DNA of 60,829 bases from Algicola sp. (GCA_013216025.1 JABSOG010000010.1:1-60829), one strand, 5' to 3'. Counted from the first letter of the stretch, positions 9,001-17,282 are shown. Notes: generated by a model from the letters alone, not told the origin. Translations and numbers: made by a program.

Positions 9001-10317
9001 TCAACAGCCGATGCGCTTGAAATGATATTGATTAATCTTATCTCTAACGCCATTAAATACACCCCGGCCAACGGCAAATTGAGCATTATTGTAGAGCCAG
9101 AGCTAGAGAAAAGCAGCGTCTGTATTACCGTCATTGATACCGGTATTGGTATTAGCGAGCAAGACCAACAACTGGTTTTTAACCGTTTCACCCGGGCTGA
9201 GATTGTTCACGACGAAAATATTCCCGGTGCCGGTATTGGTTTGGCGCTGGTTAAAGAGTTGGTCGAAAGCCTTGATGGCCAAATAACCCTGCAAAGTACG
9301 TTGAACGAGGGCAGTCGTTTTATCGTCACGTTGCCGATAAATACCGCTGGAGATGTTGCGTTTGAGCTGGACAACGGCTTGACCAATACATCTTTGCACG
9401 AAATTGAAAGTCTTGGCACTGTCGTTGGCGCTGTCGTTGGCGCTGTTATTGGATCGGAGGTTGGCAATAGGGCACCGGAGGTCGTTCAAAGTAGCATCGA
9501 CAGCCAAGGCGCAACAGGTAAACCCACCATTTTGTTGATTGATGACAATGCCGACATGTTGGTTTTACTTGAAGATACTTTGGCCCAGGGTTTTGCTTGT
9601 TTGCGTGCCAACAACGGCGAAGATGGGCTGAAACTGGCGATAGCGCAAATTCCTGATTTGATCATTTGTGATGTGATGATGCCGGGGATCAGTGGTTATG
9701 AGGTGGCAAAACGATTGAAACTTGAACAACTGACGGTGCATATTCCCATTGTGTTGTTGACCGCTAAAGGCGATATCGACTCTCGCATGGAAGGTTGGAA
9801 GCAAGAAGTAGATGATTATTTGGCCAAACCTTTCCACCCGGCCGAGTTAAGAATGAGAGTCGACAGTTTGCTGTCGATTCGTAAATTGCTGAAAAAACGC
9901 TTCAATCGGGTGGTCGAAGTGCCAGCGGCCATAACTGGGGGGTTAGTTGCGCCGGGACAACCCCAGACACCCGCCAGTGTGGTCAGCGACAAAGACCGAC
10001 AATTTATCGAACAATTTAATGCAGTGCTGGATAAAAACTACGCCAATCCAGATTTCAGTCGTGAACAAGCAGCCATTCAAATGCATGTGGGCGATCATCA
10101 ACTGTATCGCAAGCTCAGCGCCTTGCTCGAAGACACCTTTACCGACATATTAAGGGAGCACCGACTTAATATTTCAATTGAACTGTTTAAAACCGGGCTG
10201 CAAATTGGTCAAATTGCCGAACAAGTGGGTTTTACTTCGACCCCTTATTTTAGTAAATGCTTTAAAGCACGTTACGGTAATACGCCCAAACAGTATCAAA
10301 AAGAGTTGTTGCGATAG
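6082..10317 (+). CDS. Hybrid two-component system protein: periplasmic beta-propeller/Y_Y_Y sensor, TM, HisKA-HATPase kinase, receiver, AraC-type HTH
   Basis: 1411 aa. Repeated DxxGxxWxGT propeller repeats and a TM segment (LIYTLAALAFIYMLYYY). H-box NISHEFKTPL; N and G boxes (NLISNAIKYTP, DTGIGI, GAGIGLALV). Receiver ILLIDDNADM..DLIICDVMMPG..LTAK. C-terminal AraC HTH (GFTSTPYFSKCFKARYGNTPKQY). Confidence 0.9.
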   Translation: MLSTEKQFTIFCHFYDLFTSTLLQKLFIVGLLGFVLPQSVFAGNALGADLVNPGPVVEQIKRVSGQSIVGVNHLLQDSSGFIWLATDDGLLRFDGYSIKRFAHDRLNPNSLPHNTVKAMVEDDSGYVWLITYGGGLSRLTLKTNRFDNFFYNKDDAATLDSNWLSSIALAQDNQLWIGSSRGINLFDRNTLTNQRLDLKLQPTTRIDRNTIQALYQDNARRLWFSVKAKGLFMVELDSNKSHRFEHDAIDVHSLDSNLVTNITQAGNGDVWIGTLRGVNRFNSRQQNFERFIIPTKSNNPTKQVTVTSLLYDSAGRLWIGSLYNGVSVLLSGAKKIIGINQGSNAFDSLSAVNIKHIIQDMSGTLWFATVQSGLVKLKDQAMLFEHHLGAINAGVRIRSIYADSQGKVWLGALTGLYGYDAGLQQFKPVLPDVGIVTAITEDKDHQIVMNVDDKGILKYNPMSGSVMPYADNGAVMPSNNLHSLTLDSDGTLWAGLYRSDDNIAGLFSYNKSQGKYVQHFNQFTVETILPLENQVLVGTRRNGLRVMDRATGQWSVIRDDHHDLNRIWQIFQDSAGRIWVASNVSGLVLLDLPTQKMPFFTDEQGLPVNTVRAVSEDQQGMLWLGTTKGIVKFDPESFEVAVFIGQDGLRVDSVYPRMSTVTPSGDIIMANASAVSRFSPAALVATQAKKAKRLPLLLSQFKLFNQPVPIGLSGSPLSATINHTNTLTLSYLDYWFSIAFASSDHNNGERIRYAWKMEGLTSQWVETDSNNRVASFISAPAGDYTFKVKASNADGQFGDDYRAVSITITPPLWQTWQAKLIYTLAALAFIYMLYYYRTRSLVNRAKVLEHSVKARTATINQLMTRKEQIFANISHEFKTPLTLILTPLESVLSTELQSGARSKIKMAIRNGQRLLRMVEQLLELSRLDTFTEQKSHYYSLQQTLSVLLTSFEPLLQDKQLIMDCPSFDDVVVPSTADALEMILINLISNAIKYTPANGKLSIIVEPELEKSSVCITVIDTGIGISEQDQQLVFNRFTRAEIVHDENIPGAGIGLALVKELVESLDGQITLQSTLNEGSRFIVTLPINTAGDVAFELDNGLTNTSLHEIESLGTVVGAVVGAVIGSEVGNRAPEVVQSSIDSQGATGKPTILLIDDNADMLVLLEDTLAQGFACLRANNGEDGLKLAIAQIPDLIICDVMMPGISGYEVAKRLKLEQLTVHIPIVLLTAKGDIDSRMEGWKQEVDDYLAKPFHPAELRMRVDSLLSIRKLLKKRFNRVVEVPAAITGGLVAPGQPQTPASVVSDKDRQFIEQFNAVLDKNYANPDFSREQAAIQMHVGDHQLYRKLSALLEDTFTDILREHRLNISIELFKTGLQIGQIAEQVGFTSTPYFSKCFKARYGNTPKQYQKELLR

Positions 10318-10528
10318 ATCTGCTTCGCATTTCTATATGTGCTGCTTCGCAGCGGTAGGAAAAGATGGGGTTGTTTGGGTCTCAACGGTTTTCTTATGCT
10401 GGTTTTTATACCCTGAGAACCAATACTGTCACCCTGCCTACAAAATTGTGTCACTCTCAATACATAAAAAATATTAATCCTTTGAAACCTAACGTTTTTA
10501 TTTTATCTTTTGTTGTTTTTTCGCTTAT

Positions 10529-10556
10529 TTGACTCCAATTAAAAACGCCTTAAACT
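10529..10556 (+). promoter_or_regulatory. Candidate sigma70 promoter of family B gene, copy 1
   Basis: TTGACT-N16-TAAACT, conserved base-for-base in hexamers and spacing in copy 2 (11867-11894). It would give a leader of roughly 105 nt. Confidence 0.4.
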
Positions 10557-10667
10557 GGCTATCCATACCAACAAGCAACTTGCTTAACCGGTTTAGCTTT
10601 AACAGATAACGGTCGATTAAACGGCCATAAAAAACAACTTATATATAAATATAACAAAGGCGAATTC

Positions 10668-10973
10668 ATGAAATTCTTTACCAAGAAGACATTAACAAAA
10701 TTGGTTGCAGTCACCGCATTGGCTGTTTCAGTGACCGCAATGGCGTTGCCAGATACAGAGCGCACTAGAATTTATTACTCAGATGCCTCTCACACCACTG
10801 TTGTTGGTGAGAAACTGACCGTAATGTGTGGCATAGGTATCGTCAACATTCAGCTTTGGGGTTCTACCAGCAGCAATTCAGTTCTCTTGACTGAAAGCTG
10901 TGGCGGCGATGACCATGACTCGGGCAATGAACCCCCAATTCACTGCGACTTTTTCCGTGACCCGTTCTGCTAA
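10668..10973 (+). CDS. Small secreted Cys-containing protein, family B, copy 1 (possibly DUF6289-like)
   Basis: 101 aa, signal peptide ending AMA. Mature protein has RIYYSDASHTT.VGE...MCGIG..N.QLWG.TSS...ESC...IHCDFFRDPFC. The YYSDA..T..VG..C.G...WG pattern resembles DUF6289 as I recall it. Confidence 0.7.
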   Translation: MKFFTKKTLTKLVAVTALAVSVTAMALPDTERTRIYYSDASHTTVVGEKLTVMCGIGIVNIQLWGSTSSNSVLLTESCGGDDHDSGNEPPIHCDFFRDPFC

Positions 10974-11030
10974 ATCGAGCTTGTACTGAAAAATGCCATG
11001 ACAGCACGATATAGTGTTGTTGTGATGCAT

Positions 11031-11068
11031 AATGCCGCTAAACAGATTGCTCTGTTGGCGGCATTTTT
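11031..11068 (+). terminator. Possible terminator hairpin
   Basis: aatgccgc / gcggcatt stem with a long (19-nt) loop, then TTTTT. Confidence 0.35.
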
Positions 11069-11096
11069 GGTTCCATGTGTGCCACATCTTTGGTTG

Positions 11097-11720
11097 CTAT
11101 CGCTTGGTACTCACCACTGCTAACCATGGCTGCTCGGCAAAGGGGACTCCTTCCGGCCGATAATAGTGCTCAATCACCGTAAATCCAGCTGCGTTAAGGT
11201 ATTGTTGTGTCGCTTCGAATTCGATATAACAGCCATAACGTTGGCCTGACCATCCTTCGGCATTACCCCTGGGGTTTGATGAAAACAAGACACCACCGGG
11301 GCGCAAAGTCTGGTGCAGTGCCAGCAAAACAGCGGGTAATTCTTGACTGGGTATATGGAACAGTGAAGCGTTGGCAAATATACCATCAAACCTTTCCTTG
11401 GGCAGTGATAACGATAAGAATTGTTGATGGAGTATTTCGCAACCGGTATAACTTAAAGCCATATCGCAAAACGCCTTACTGCCGTCTAATCCAACGGGTC
11501 GATGACCCTGCGATTTAAAATAGTGAATATCTCTACCGGGGCCGCAACCAAAATCCAAGATATCCAGCGATTTTCCATCCGGAAACTGTCGTAAAAATGC
11601 ATGATAGTTTTGTTTCACATCATGATCTTTGGTGCCATGCCAAAAGGACGAAGCATTGTTGTCGTAATGGCTCAGAGTCACCTTTTCGATATTATCCAAT
11701 TGCGTTTTTTGTATTTTCAT
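11097..11720 (-). CDS. Class I SAM-dependent methyltransferase
   Basis: 207 aa. Motif I ILDFGCGPGRD and post-I and motif II-like segments (DGIFANASLFH, PGGVLF). Confidence 0.85.
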   Translation of the reverse strand: MKIQKTQLDNIEKVTLSHYDNNASSFWHGTKDHDVKQNYHAFLRQFPDGKSLDILDFGCGPGRDIHYFKSQGHRPVGLDGSKAFCDMALSYTGCEILHQQFLSLSLPKERFDGIFANASLFHIPSQELPAVLLALHQTLRPGGVLFSSNPRGNAEGWSGQRYGCYIEFEATQQYLNAAGFTVIEHYYRPEGVPFAEQPWLAVVSTKR

Positions 11721-11866
11721 AGACCTCTTTATTCAATTGGTTGTTATATTCTCAGGGCAATAACTGTCATCCAGACTACAAAATTGTGTCACTCTCAATA
11801 CACAAAAACTGTTAATTAATTGAAATGTAACGTTTTTATTTTACCTTTTGTTGTTTTTTCGCTTGT

Positions 11867-11894
11867 TTGACTCCAATTAAAATTTCCTTAAACT
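11867..11894 (+). promoter_or_regulatory. Candidate sigma70 promoter of family B gene, copy 2
   Basis: TTGACT-N16-TAAACT, same as copy 1. Confidence 0.4.
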
Positions 11895-11998
11895 GGCTAT
11901 CCATACCAACAAGCAACTTGCTTAACCGGTTCAGAATTAACAGATAACGGTCAATTAAACGGCCACAGAAAACAACTTAAATAAACAAGGGCATACTC

Positions 11999-12304
11999 AT
12001 GAAATTATTTACCAAGAAGACATTAACAAAATTGGTTGCAGTCACCGCGATGGCCGTTTCAGTTACCGCAATGGCGTTGCCAGATACAGAGCGCACCAGA
12101 ATCTATTATTCAGATGCTGCTCACACCACCACTGTTGGTGAACGATTGGTTGTTATGTGTGGCATTGGTGTGGTTAATCATCAACTTTGGGGCACAACCA
12201 GTAGCTACTACGAGACTACTACAGAAAGTTGTAGCGGCAGTACTGGTGGCCCAGGTAATGAAGACCCGATTCACTGTGATTACTTCCGAGACATCTTCTG
12301 CTAA
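11999..12304 (+). CDS. Small secreted Cys-containing protein, family B, copy 2
   Basis: 101 aa. The N-terminal 60 aa are nearly identical to copy 1. The central region diverges (SYYETTTESCSGSTGGPGNED versus SNSVLLTESCGGDDHDSGNEP). C-terminus IHCDYFRDIFC. Confidence 0.7.
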   Translation: MKLFTKKTLTKLVAVTAMAVSVTAMALPDTERTRIYYSDAAHTTTVGERLVVMCGIGVVNHQLWGTTSSYYETTTESCSGSTGGPGNEDPIHCDYFRDIFC

Positions 12305-12332
12305 ACCAAAATAGCGCTAGCGCAAAACGTCT

Positions 12333-12366
12333 AAAACACCACAGCACCGTTGCTGTGGTGTTTTTG
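12333..12366 (+). terminator. Rho-independent terminator between convergent genes
   Basis: Perfect 10-bp stem caccacagca / tgctgtggtg, loop ccgt, then TTTTT. The A-run upstream allows function for the convergent FHA gene too. Confidence 0.7.
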
Positions 12367-12368
12367 TA

Positions 12369-13337
12369 TTATAAAGCAATATTCTTACTTTTATCGGAAC
12401 TTCCGGTTAGGGTGGCATCGGTTTCAATCTGCAAGTTTTCGTACACAAGGCGAATTGCCTCATGATGAATCTCAAACATCTGTGGCACGATTAAATTGTG
12501 TGGTAGGGCTTGGATCACTTGCTTTCTGAGTAGGTAGATTTGAATGTTGACCTGGGTTTCATCACTTTTGAGCAATGCGGCCAAATGTGACTTTTCGAGC
12601 CAGCCTTGCTGCCCCTGATTTAAACCACTGTGGTTATCGGCAATCCGCTGACGGGCCAATAACAGTAATAATTGGTGGTGATTCTTTTCACCCAAATCAA
12701 AGCATTGACTGTCTATGTTAAGCGCTAATGAGACTTGTTCTTCGTTTTTACTGACTTTGAAAGACACGACGATATCAGATGCTGCGGCTGTGGCTTGGGT
12801 ATCGATTCGCACGGTTTCAAGACAGCTGGTTGCTTCATTAAAACACCAGATATTACCCGGAAAGCCAATTCTGTCTCCATTGGTTAATATTGTGGTGCCA
12901 GTTGAGCTTTCGCATACCCAAAGTCCACCAGGGGCTTGATAAAGGGTCATTTGAGGTGTTTTTTCGTCGGGTAAAACCGCGATATCTTGCAACACAATTA
13001 TTGGCGTGCCAGCGGTTTGCGGGATTAACATGCTTTTGGGTGGGTCGATATCTTTGACGGTCCAGTTTTCACTGTCCAAACCGGCAAATTGTAATCGGTC
13101 CTCGACCTTTAATACCAAATTGGCGTTTTGATGGGCGCGAGTGCCATTAATATAGGTGCCGTTGCTACTGTTATCTTGCAACGACCAAAACTCTCCATCC
13201 CAGGTAATTGTGGCGTGAACCCGGGACGCTTTGGGATTATTCAATACGGTGTTTGATGACGTAGGGTGGCGGCCAAAGATGTGCAGGGCTAGTAGATTGA
13301 CAGTTTGGTCTGTTTGCAGGTTGAGTAAACTTGCCAT
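12369..13337 (-). CDS. FHA domain protein with a C-terminal OmpR/PhoB-like winged-helix region
   Basis: Start at M24 (MASLLNL). FHA motifs GRHP..N..L.....SR.HA.I......W.L.D.SSNGT.ING. The C-terminus HHQLLLLLARQ...GW.....L..LL......VNIQIYLLRKQV resembles the trans_reg_C pattern (inference). Confidence 0.7.
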   Translation of the reverse strand: MASLLNLQTDQTVNLLALHIFGRHPTSSNTVLNNPKASRVHATITWDGEFWSLQDNSSNGTYINGTRAHQNANLVLKVEDRLQFAGLDSENWTVKDIDPPKSMLIPQTAGTPIIVLQDIAVLPDEKTPQMTLYQAPGGLWVCESSTGTTILTNGDRIGFPGNIWCFNEATSCLETVRIDTQATAAASDIVVSFKVSKNEEQVSLALNIDSQCFDLGEKNHHQLLLLLARQRIADNHSGLNQGQQGWLEKSHLAALLKSDETQVNIQIYLLRKQVIQALPHNLIVPQMFEIHHEAIRLVYENLQIETDATLTGSSDKSKNIAL

Positions 13338-13830
13338 GGTATTTCTTTCTCTTGTGTGCGGTGACTCGCATGAATGGTTGTTGTCAAGTGTGCGCTTTGA
13401 CGGCAAAAATCGGTGACAGGCCTTTGTTAGTGTGTAATATAGCGCCAGTTTCGAAAAGCTGCAATATAACTTTGACTAAAGCGCTCAACAGCTTGGTTAC
13501 CTTTTTTATTCGCTTTCATACTAACTCTAGTCTGAAATAACGATTTATCCCGTTGTTTTTTTTGTTATGGGTTCTAACACGCAGCGGTACGTTGAGATTC
13601 CTTCTAAAGATAGGGAGCGCTCATTTTACCACAGCATGGCCTATACGGTACTTTGGTATGCCCCTAAATGACATGGTTGTCTTAATGACAGTGGTGCACT
13701 AATTAATTTATCGCATTTCACCGATTTTGCTTGTGGTTGCGGTTGGGGTTTTCTATGCTACAGGTAGCAATTTTTATTATGCTCATCGGTAATATTAACC
13801 ATTGAGTAAAACGGTTATGGAGAATAACAA

Positions 13831-14376
13831 ATGGCGTTTGAAATTAAATTTGAGCTGCAGGACAGCGATTTGGACTATTTTCGGGAGGTGATGCGCAAAG
13901 CACTTGCCGGCGCGGAAAGGTTAGAAGAATCGGCGATTTTGGAAAAAGCAGGTCAGCTTTCTGGCGAAGTGAAAGGCACTGTGCCTGAGTTTGTCAGCTT
14001 GCGATTGAAAAAACTGGACACTTTGATTGCGATGATCAAAGACGAAGAATGGAAAATTCCTGACGAAGAGCGTCGTGATGTTTTGGGCGCATTGGCTTAT
14101 TTCAGCGATCCGCTGGATTTGGTCCCTGATCATATCCCAGTACTGGGTTTCCTCGATGATGCAATCATGATTGAATTAGTGGTTGAAGAATTGGCCGGTG
14201 ATGTTGAAGCGTACGAAGAGTTTTGCGAATACCGCATCCGCGAAGTAGGTCGTCGTGGCGATGACACCATTACCCGCGAAGAGTGGCTGGCCGACAAGCG
14301 TCGTGAATTGCATTCTCGTATGCGTAACCGTCGTAGCGGTCGTAGTGCCCGTGGTCGTAGACGTTTATTTAGATAA
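13831..14376 (+). CDS. YkvA/DUF1232 family protein with an Arg-rich tail
   Basis: 181 aa. DLVPDHIPVLGFLDDAIMIELV is the DUF1232 signature. C-terminus RNRRSGRSARGRRRLFR. Confidence 0.7.
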   Translation: MAFEIKFELQDSDLDYFREVMRKALAGAERLEESAILEKAGQLSGEVKGTVPEFVSLRLKKLDTLIAMIKDEEWKIPDEERRDVLGALAYFSDPLDLVPDHIPVLGFLDDAIMIELVVEELAGDVEAYEEFCEYRIREVGRRGDDTITREEWLADKRRELHSRMRNRRSGRSARGRRRLFR

Positions 14377-14399
14377 ATCTGCTTCGCGGTTTTAGATAT

Positions 14400-14430
14400 A
14401 AAAAATGACCTTAACAGGTCATTTTTTTTG
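14400..14430 (+). terminator. Rho-independent terminator
   Basis: aatgacc / ggtcatt stem, 6-nt loop, T8 run. Confidence 0.65.
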
Positions 14431-14439
14431 GTTGTGGGG

Positions 14440-15010
14440 TGGTCGACGAAGTCGTGGGTGGTTGTCGGTGTCGTCGCTGTCGCGACGAAGGGGGGCGGAC
14501 GGACTTTCAGAATTTGAGAGCCAGAGCATTGATAGCAAGTCATCAGACACGCCACAAGTACATCCATGTAAGCTCGGCCAAAACATCCATGTTTTGGACG
14601 GTCTGCTGACTTGCTACCAAAGCTCTAAACACAAATTCTGGATGTCCTTAAAAAGAAAAAAGCCACCACCCACCCCGACCGCCGCCCTCGATATTACTCC
14701 GTAATATCAACAACAACGTTGTTAAAGAAAAGGCGCAGCCGCGCCGAAGGCATTTTGCTGCTTCGCAGCACAGCTAAGCTGTAATTTTCTTTTTTAGCAA
14801 CAACGTATGTTGCCATTTGGGTGGCGGCCGGGGAGGATGGTGGCTTTTCTTCCTCAGCACGAGCGCCAAGGTTTGATGTAAAGTCTGGGACTCGGTGAGC
14901 ATACCGTCCAAAACATGGATGTTTTGGCCGAGCCCCATGGATGGGTTTATGCGTGTCTGCTCATCGAGTCCCGGACTTTGCGCTTAGAGCCTTGGTTTCG
15001 TGCTCACCCC
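14440..15010. repeat. About 570-bp intergenic mosaic of nested inverted repeats (REP/MITE-like)
   Basis: Perfect 31-bp inverted repeat, 14572-14602 versus 14903-14933. Further arms: 14657-14688 versus 14819-14848, 14544-14569 versus 14934-14959, and 14879-14901 versus 14958-14980. Contains several CATGGATG-core hairpins. Confidence 0.8.
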
Positions 15011-15050
15011 CTTTGCTTGTACACCGCCAGCGGTGTACAACACCAATAAC

Positions 15051-15368
15051 CTACTTTGATTTGGCAAAATCAATCAACTCTTCAGCCACTTTCTGCTTAA
15101 TTATGATCTTGTCCTCTTCAGGAATATCATATCGCGCCGACAGTGCGGCCAATTCTTCATCGTTAAGATAAAACGTCAAACGCTGACGGGTTTTTTTCGA
15201 TTTGACTTCAAGGCCGAGGATTTTACGTATCATGTCTGATGGTGTCAGATCGGCATCGATGGCTTTCTTTTTGATCTTTTTTTGCACCTGGGTGCTCAAA
15301 TCAAAGGCCAGTTGGGTGGCCCTGATCGCCGGTTTTTGCTTTTCCCATTTGTCTGTTTGGTTGGCCAC
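15051..15368 (-). CDS. Small ribbon-helix-helix-like protein, last gene of the Psp-like operon
   Basis: 105 aa. LAFDLSTQVQKKIKKKAIDADLTPSDMIRKILGL fits a beta-strand/helix/helix CopG-like pattern (inference). A 3-nt gap separates it from the upstream gene. Confidence 0.5.
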   Translation of the reverse strand: MANQTDKWEKQKPAIRATQLAFDLSTQVQKKIKKKAIDADLTPSDMIRKILGLEVKSKKTRQRLTFYLNDEELAALSARYDIPEEDKIIIKQKVAEELIDFAKSK

Positions 15369-15371
15369 GGT

Positions 15372-16007
15372 TTAATTCCCCGGAAACAAATCGACAATAT
15401 CACTTAATGGTCGTGTCAGGGTTAGCGAGATATCGGTTTCGCCATCGTCCCATACTTCTATGTTGACTGAGAAGTTGTCATCCGGGCTGCTCAAATTGAT
15501 GCATTCAACCGGCTCACCGCCGTCTTCAACATCTTTGGGCACGGTACGACCCCGGTAATCTTCCTCGTAATAATACCCGGTGCTGGGGTGTGATTCTTGA
15601 ACATAGCTGGTGGTGGTCCAGCGTTCAAAACCATCCACATCATTTATCCGCTTGATGGTGACTAAATCGTCAGAGTCAAAAATTTCGGCAAACTGGTCGA
15701 GATCAAACAGCGCTTCGACTTCACTGCGCTGGATTTTAATGCTGAAATTGGCGAACTCTTCACCATCGTTGTTTTCAACCACTAAAAATATCGAACCGCC
15801 GGTGTCACCCTTGAGCACGTATTCATACTCGGTTTCATATTCGTATTGGTAAGTATTGACGTCGATGAGGTGCAGCGTCTGGCCTTTGAGCTGAGGCGGC
15901 AAGGCAAATGAATCAATCATTTGCAGCATATCGCCTTTTTTCAAATCTTTGGGATGCTCTAAAACGCGTACCGGTTCGGCTTTTTTCTTGAAAAATTTAC
16001 TAAACAT
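15372..16007 (-). CDS. Acidic cytoplasmic protein, YjfK-like (DUF2491/DUF4178-type)
   Basis: Start at M8 (MFSKFFKKK, SD aggagag). Its position after a PspA/YjfJ homologue mirrors E. coli yjfIJK. Family assignment is from memory of the N-terminus and context. Confidence 0.55.
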   Translation of the reverse strand: MFSKFFKKKAEPVRVLEHPKDLKKGDMLQMIDSFALPPQLKGQTLHLIDVNTYQYEYETEYEYVLKGDTGGSIFLVVENNDGEEFANFSIKIQRSEVEALFDLDQFAEIFDSDDLVTIKRINDVDGFERWTTTSYVQESHPSTGYYYEEDYRGRTVPKDVEDGGEPVECINLSSPDDNFSVNIEVWDDGETDISLTLTRPLSDIVDLFPGN

Positions 16008-16020
16008 AATCTCTCCTGCA

Positions 16021-16050
16021 AAAAACACAAAAGCACTCCGAAGAGTGCAT
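16021..16050 (-). terminator. Intra-operon hairpin/attenuator after the pspA-like gene
   Basis: gcactc-cgaa-gagtgc, followed on the minus strand by ttttgtgtttttt. It lies just upstream of the SD of the next gene. Confidence 0.4.
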
Positions 16051-16081
16051 TTTGGAGGTTTAAGTTTTACTTAAACCTTAC

Positions 16082-16771
16082 TTAGCCTTTTTTGGCTTTG
16101 AGGCGCGCAAGGATATCGCTGCCCTTGGACTTGGTATCGCCGATACCTGCTGCTGCCATGCGGTCTTTTAAGTCTGTACCGTTCTCTTCGTTGTCCAGCG
16201 TTTTAGCGGCGGCCAACTGGTCGTTGCGGTCTGCTTGACGTTGCTTGATACGCTCAAGTGACGCTTTGGCTGAACCCATTGAAGAGTTGTTGCTGGCCAG
16301 CGTACTATTCACTGCCATTGTCGCTTTTTGTACGCTTTCTGTGGTTTTTACCATCGACAGCTGACGCTGGTTTTCTTTGATGGTTTTCTCCGCTTCTTTA
16401 ACCTGAGATTTCAGCGCAGTTACGCTTGTGCTGTAAGTGGCCAGTACTTCATCCAATTCCACTTTGTCGTTTTCGAATTCAGCAATTTTTTCAGCAATTT
16501 CCATTGCCATGGCTTCGTCGCCTTTCTCTAAAGCTTGACCGGCAAAAGTTTCGTGTTCACTAATGCTGTCATTCAATGCAGTCACTTTACGTTTGGTCTG
16601 CATTTCTTTGGCCATGACTTCAGTCAGGTTTTTCTTGGCGTTGGTCAGCGCGTTTTGTGCATCGGCAATTTCTTGCTCGAATATACGGATGCCGTTGGCA
16701 TCAACAATAGCCTCACCTGCTTCACGGGCGCCGCCTTTAAGTGCGGTAAAGATCTTAGATAAAATGCTCAT
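16082..16771 (-). CDS. PspA/IM30 family protein (YjfJ-like)
   Basis: 229 aa, all coiled-coil. N-terminus MSILSKIFTALKGGAREAGEAIVDANGIRIFEQEI is typical of PspA/IM30. SD gaggg. Confidence 0.85.
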   Translation of the reverse strand: MSILSKIFTALKGGAREAGEAIVDANGIRIFEQEIADAQNALTNAKKNLTEVMAKEMQTKRKVTALNDSISEHETFAGQALEKGDEAMAMEIAEKIAEFENDKVELDEVLATYSTSVTALKSQVKEAEKTIKENQRQLSMVKTTESVQKATMAVNSTLASNNSSMGSAKASLERIKQRQADRNDQLAAAKTLDNEENGTDLKDRMAAAGIGDTKSKGSDILARLKAKKG

Positions 16772-16791
16772 AATGTACCCTCGTATTTAAA

Positions 16792-17196
16792 TTATTTCAA
16801 AAATTCTTCAATGGCTTCCAATGCATCGATGGCATTGTCTGCCAAGGTAACTAATTCATGGGCAATGTCGTCAAAGCTTGAATTGACTGACAAAGAACCG
16901 AAAATAGAATACTTGTCTTCGATGATGGCAAATGAACTGAGCGGCATAGGCACGTTCAATTTCAATAAGGTTGAGTTTAACTCGTCGCTGACACCGTCTT
17001 TCAATTCGTTCTCGTTGAACAGATAGCTGATACACAGCATTTGCTCGTCAGTGACGGTGACAAAAATTGGCAATTCGTCAAATCCTTCTACGATCACCTG
17101 CAACACATCGTTGTCGCCAGAGATTAAAAACGACTCGAATCCGGTGCCTTCAGTTTGATGGTCGGCCAATTTAATTGATAGTTCTTGTAAATCCAT
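16792..17196 (-). CDS. YjfI family protein (DUF2170)
   Basis: PLSSFAIIEDKYSIFGSLSVNSSFDDIAHELVTLADNAIDALE matches the E. coli YjfI C-terminal pattern. Start at M12, which has a strong SD (aaggtgg). The listed ORF extends to 17229. Confidence 0.75.
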   Translation of the reverse strand: MDLQELSIKLADHQTEGTGFESFLISGDNDVLQVIVEGFDELPIFVTVTDEQMLCISYLFNENELKDGVSDELNSTLLKLNVPMPLSSFAIIEDKYSIFGSLSVNSSFDDIAHELVTLADNAIDALEAIEEFLK

Positions 17197-17282
17197 GTTG
17201 TTCCACCTTGTTGTGCTTTGAAATGACATACTATGTCATGGGTTTTAGATTACAGCATTGACATATTATGTCAACCTTAAAT

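Larger units (their letters stand above)
10413..10973 (+). repeat. Duplicated module, copy 1 (about 255-bp leader plus family B small-protein gene)
   Basis: Aligns with 11751-12304 by eye. The non-coding leader is near-identical over long stretches, e.g. ctacaaaattgtgtcactctcaatac and ctggctatccataccaacaagcaacttgcttaaccggtt. Confidence 0.8.
11751..12304 (+). repeat. Duplicated module, copy 2 (leader plus family B gene)
   Basis: See 10413-10973. Similarity stops at the stop codons, and the 3' flanks are unrelated. Confidence 0.8.

Noticed and set aside
9411-9450. 12-bp tandem repeat gctgtcgttggc x2.5 inside the hybrid kinase gene
   Set aside because: It encodes a GAVVGAVVGAVIG flexible linker between the kinase and receiver domains, so it is a coding low-complexity repeat rather than a separate feature.
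14130-14704. ORFs 14130-14567 (minus) and 14405-14704 (plus) in the region after ykvA
   Set aside because: One overlaps the real ykvA-like gene in antisense. Both run through the palindromic repeat mosaic. The Arg/Ser/Pro-rich translations look like artefacts of GC-rich repeats.
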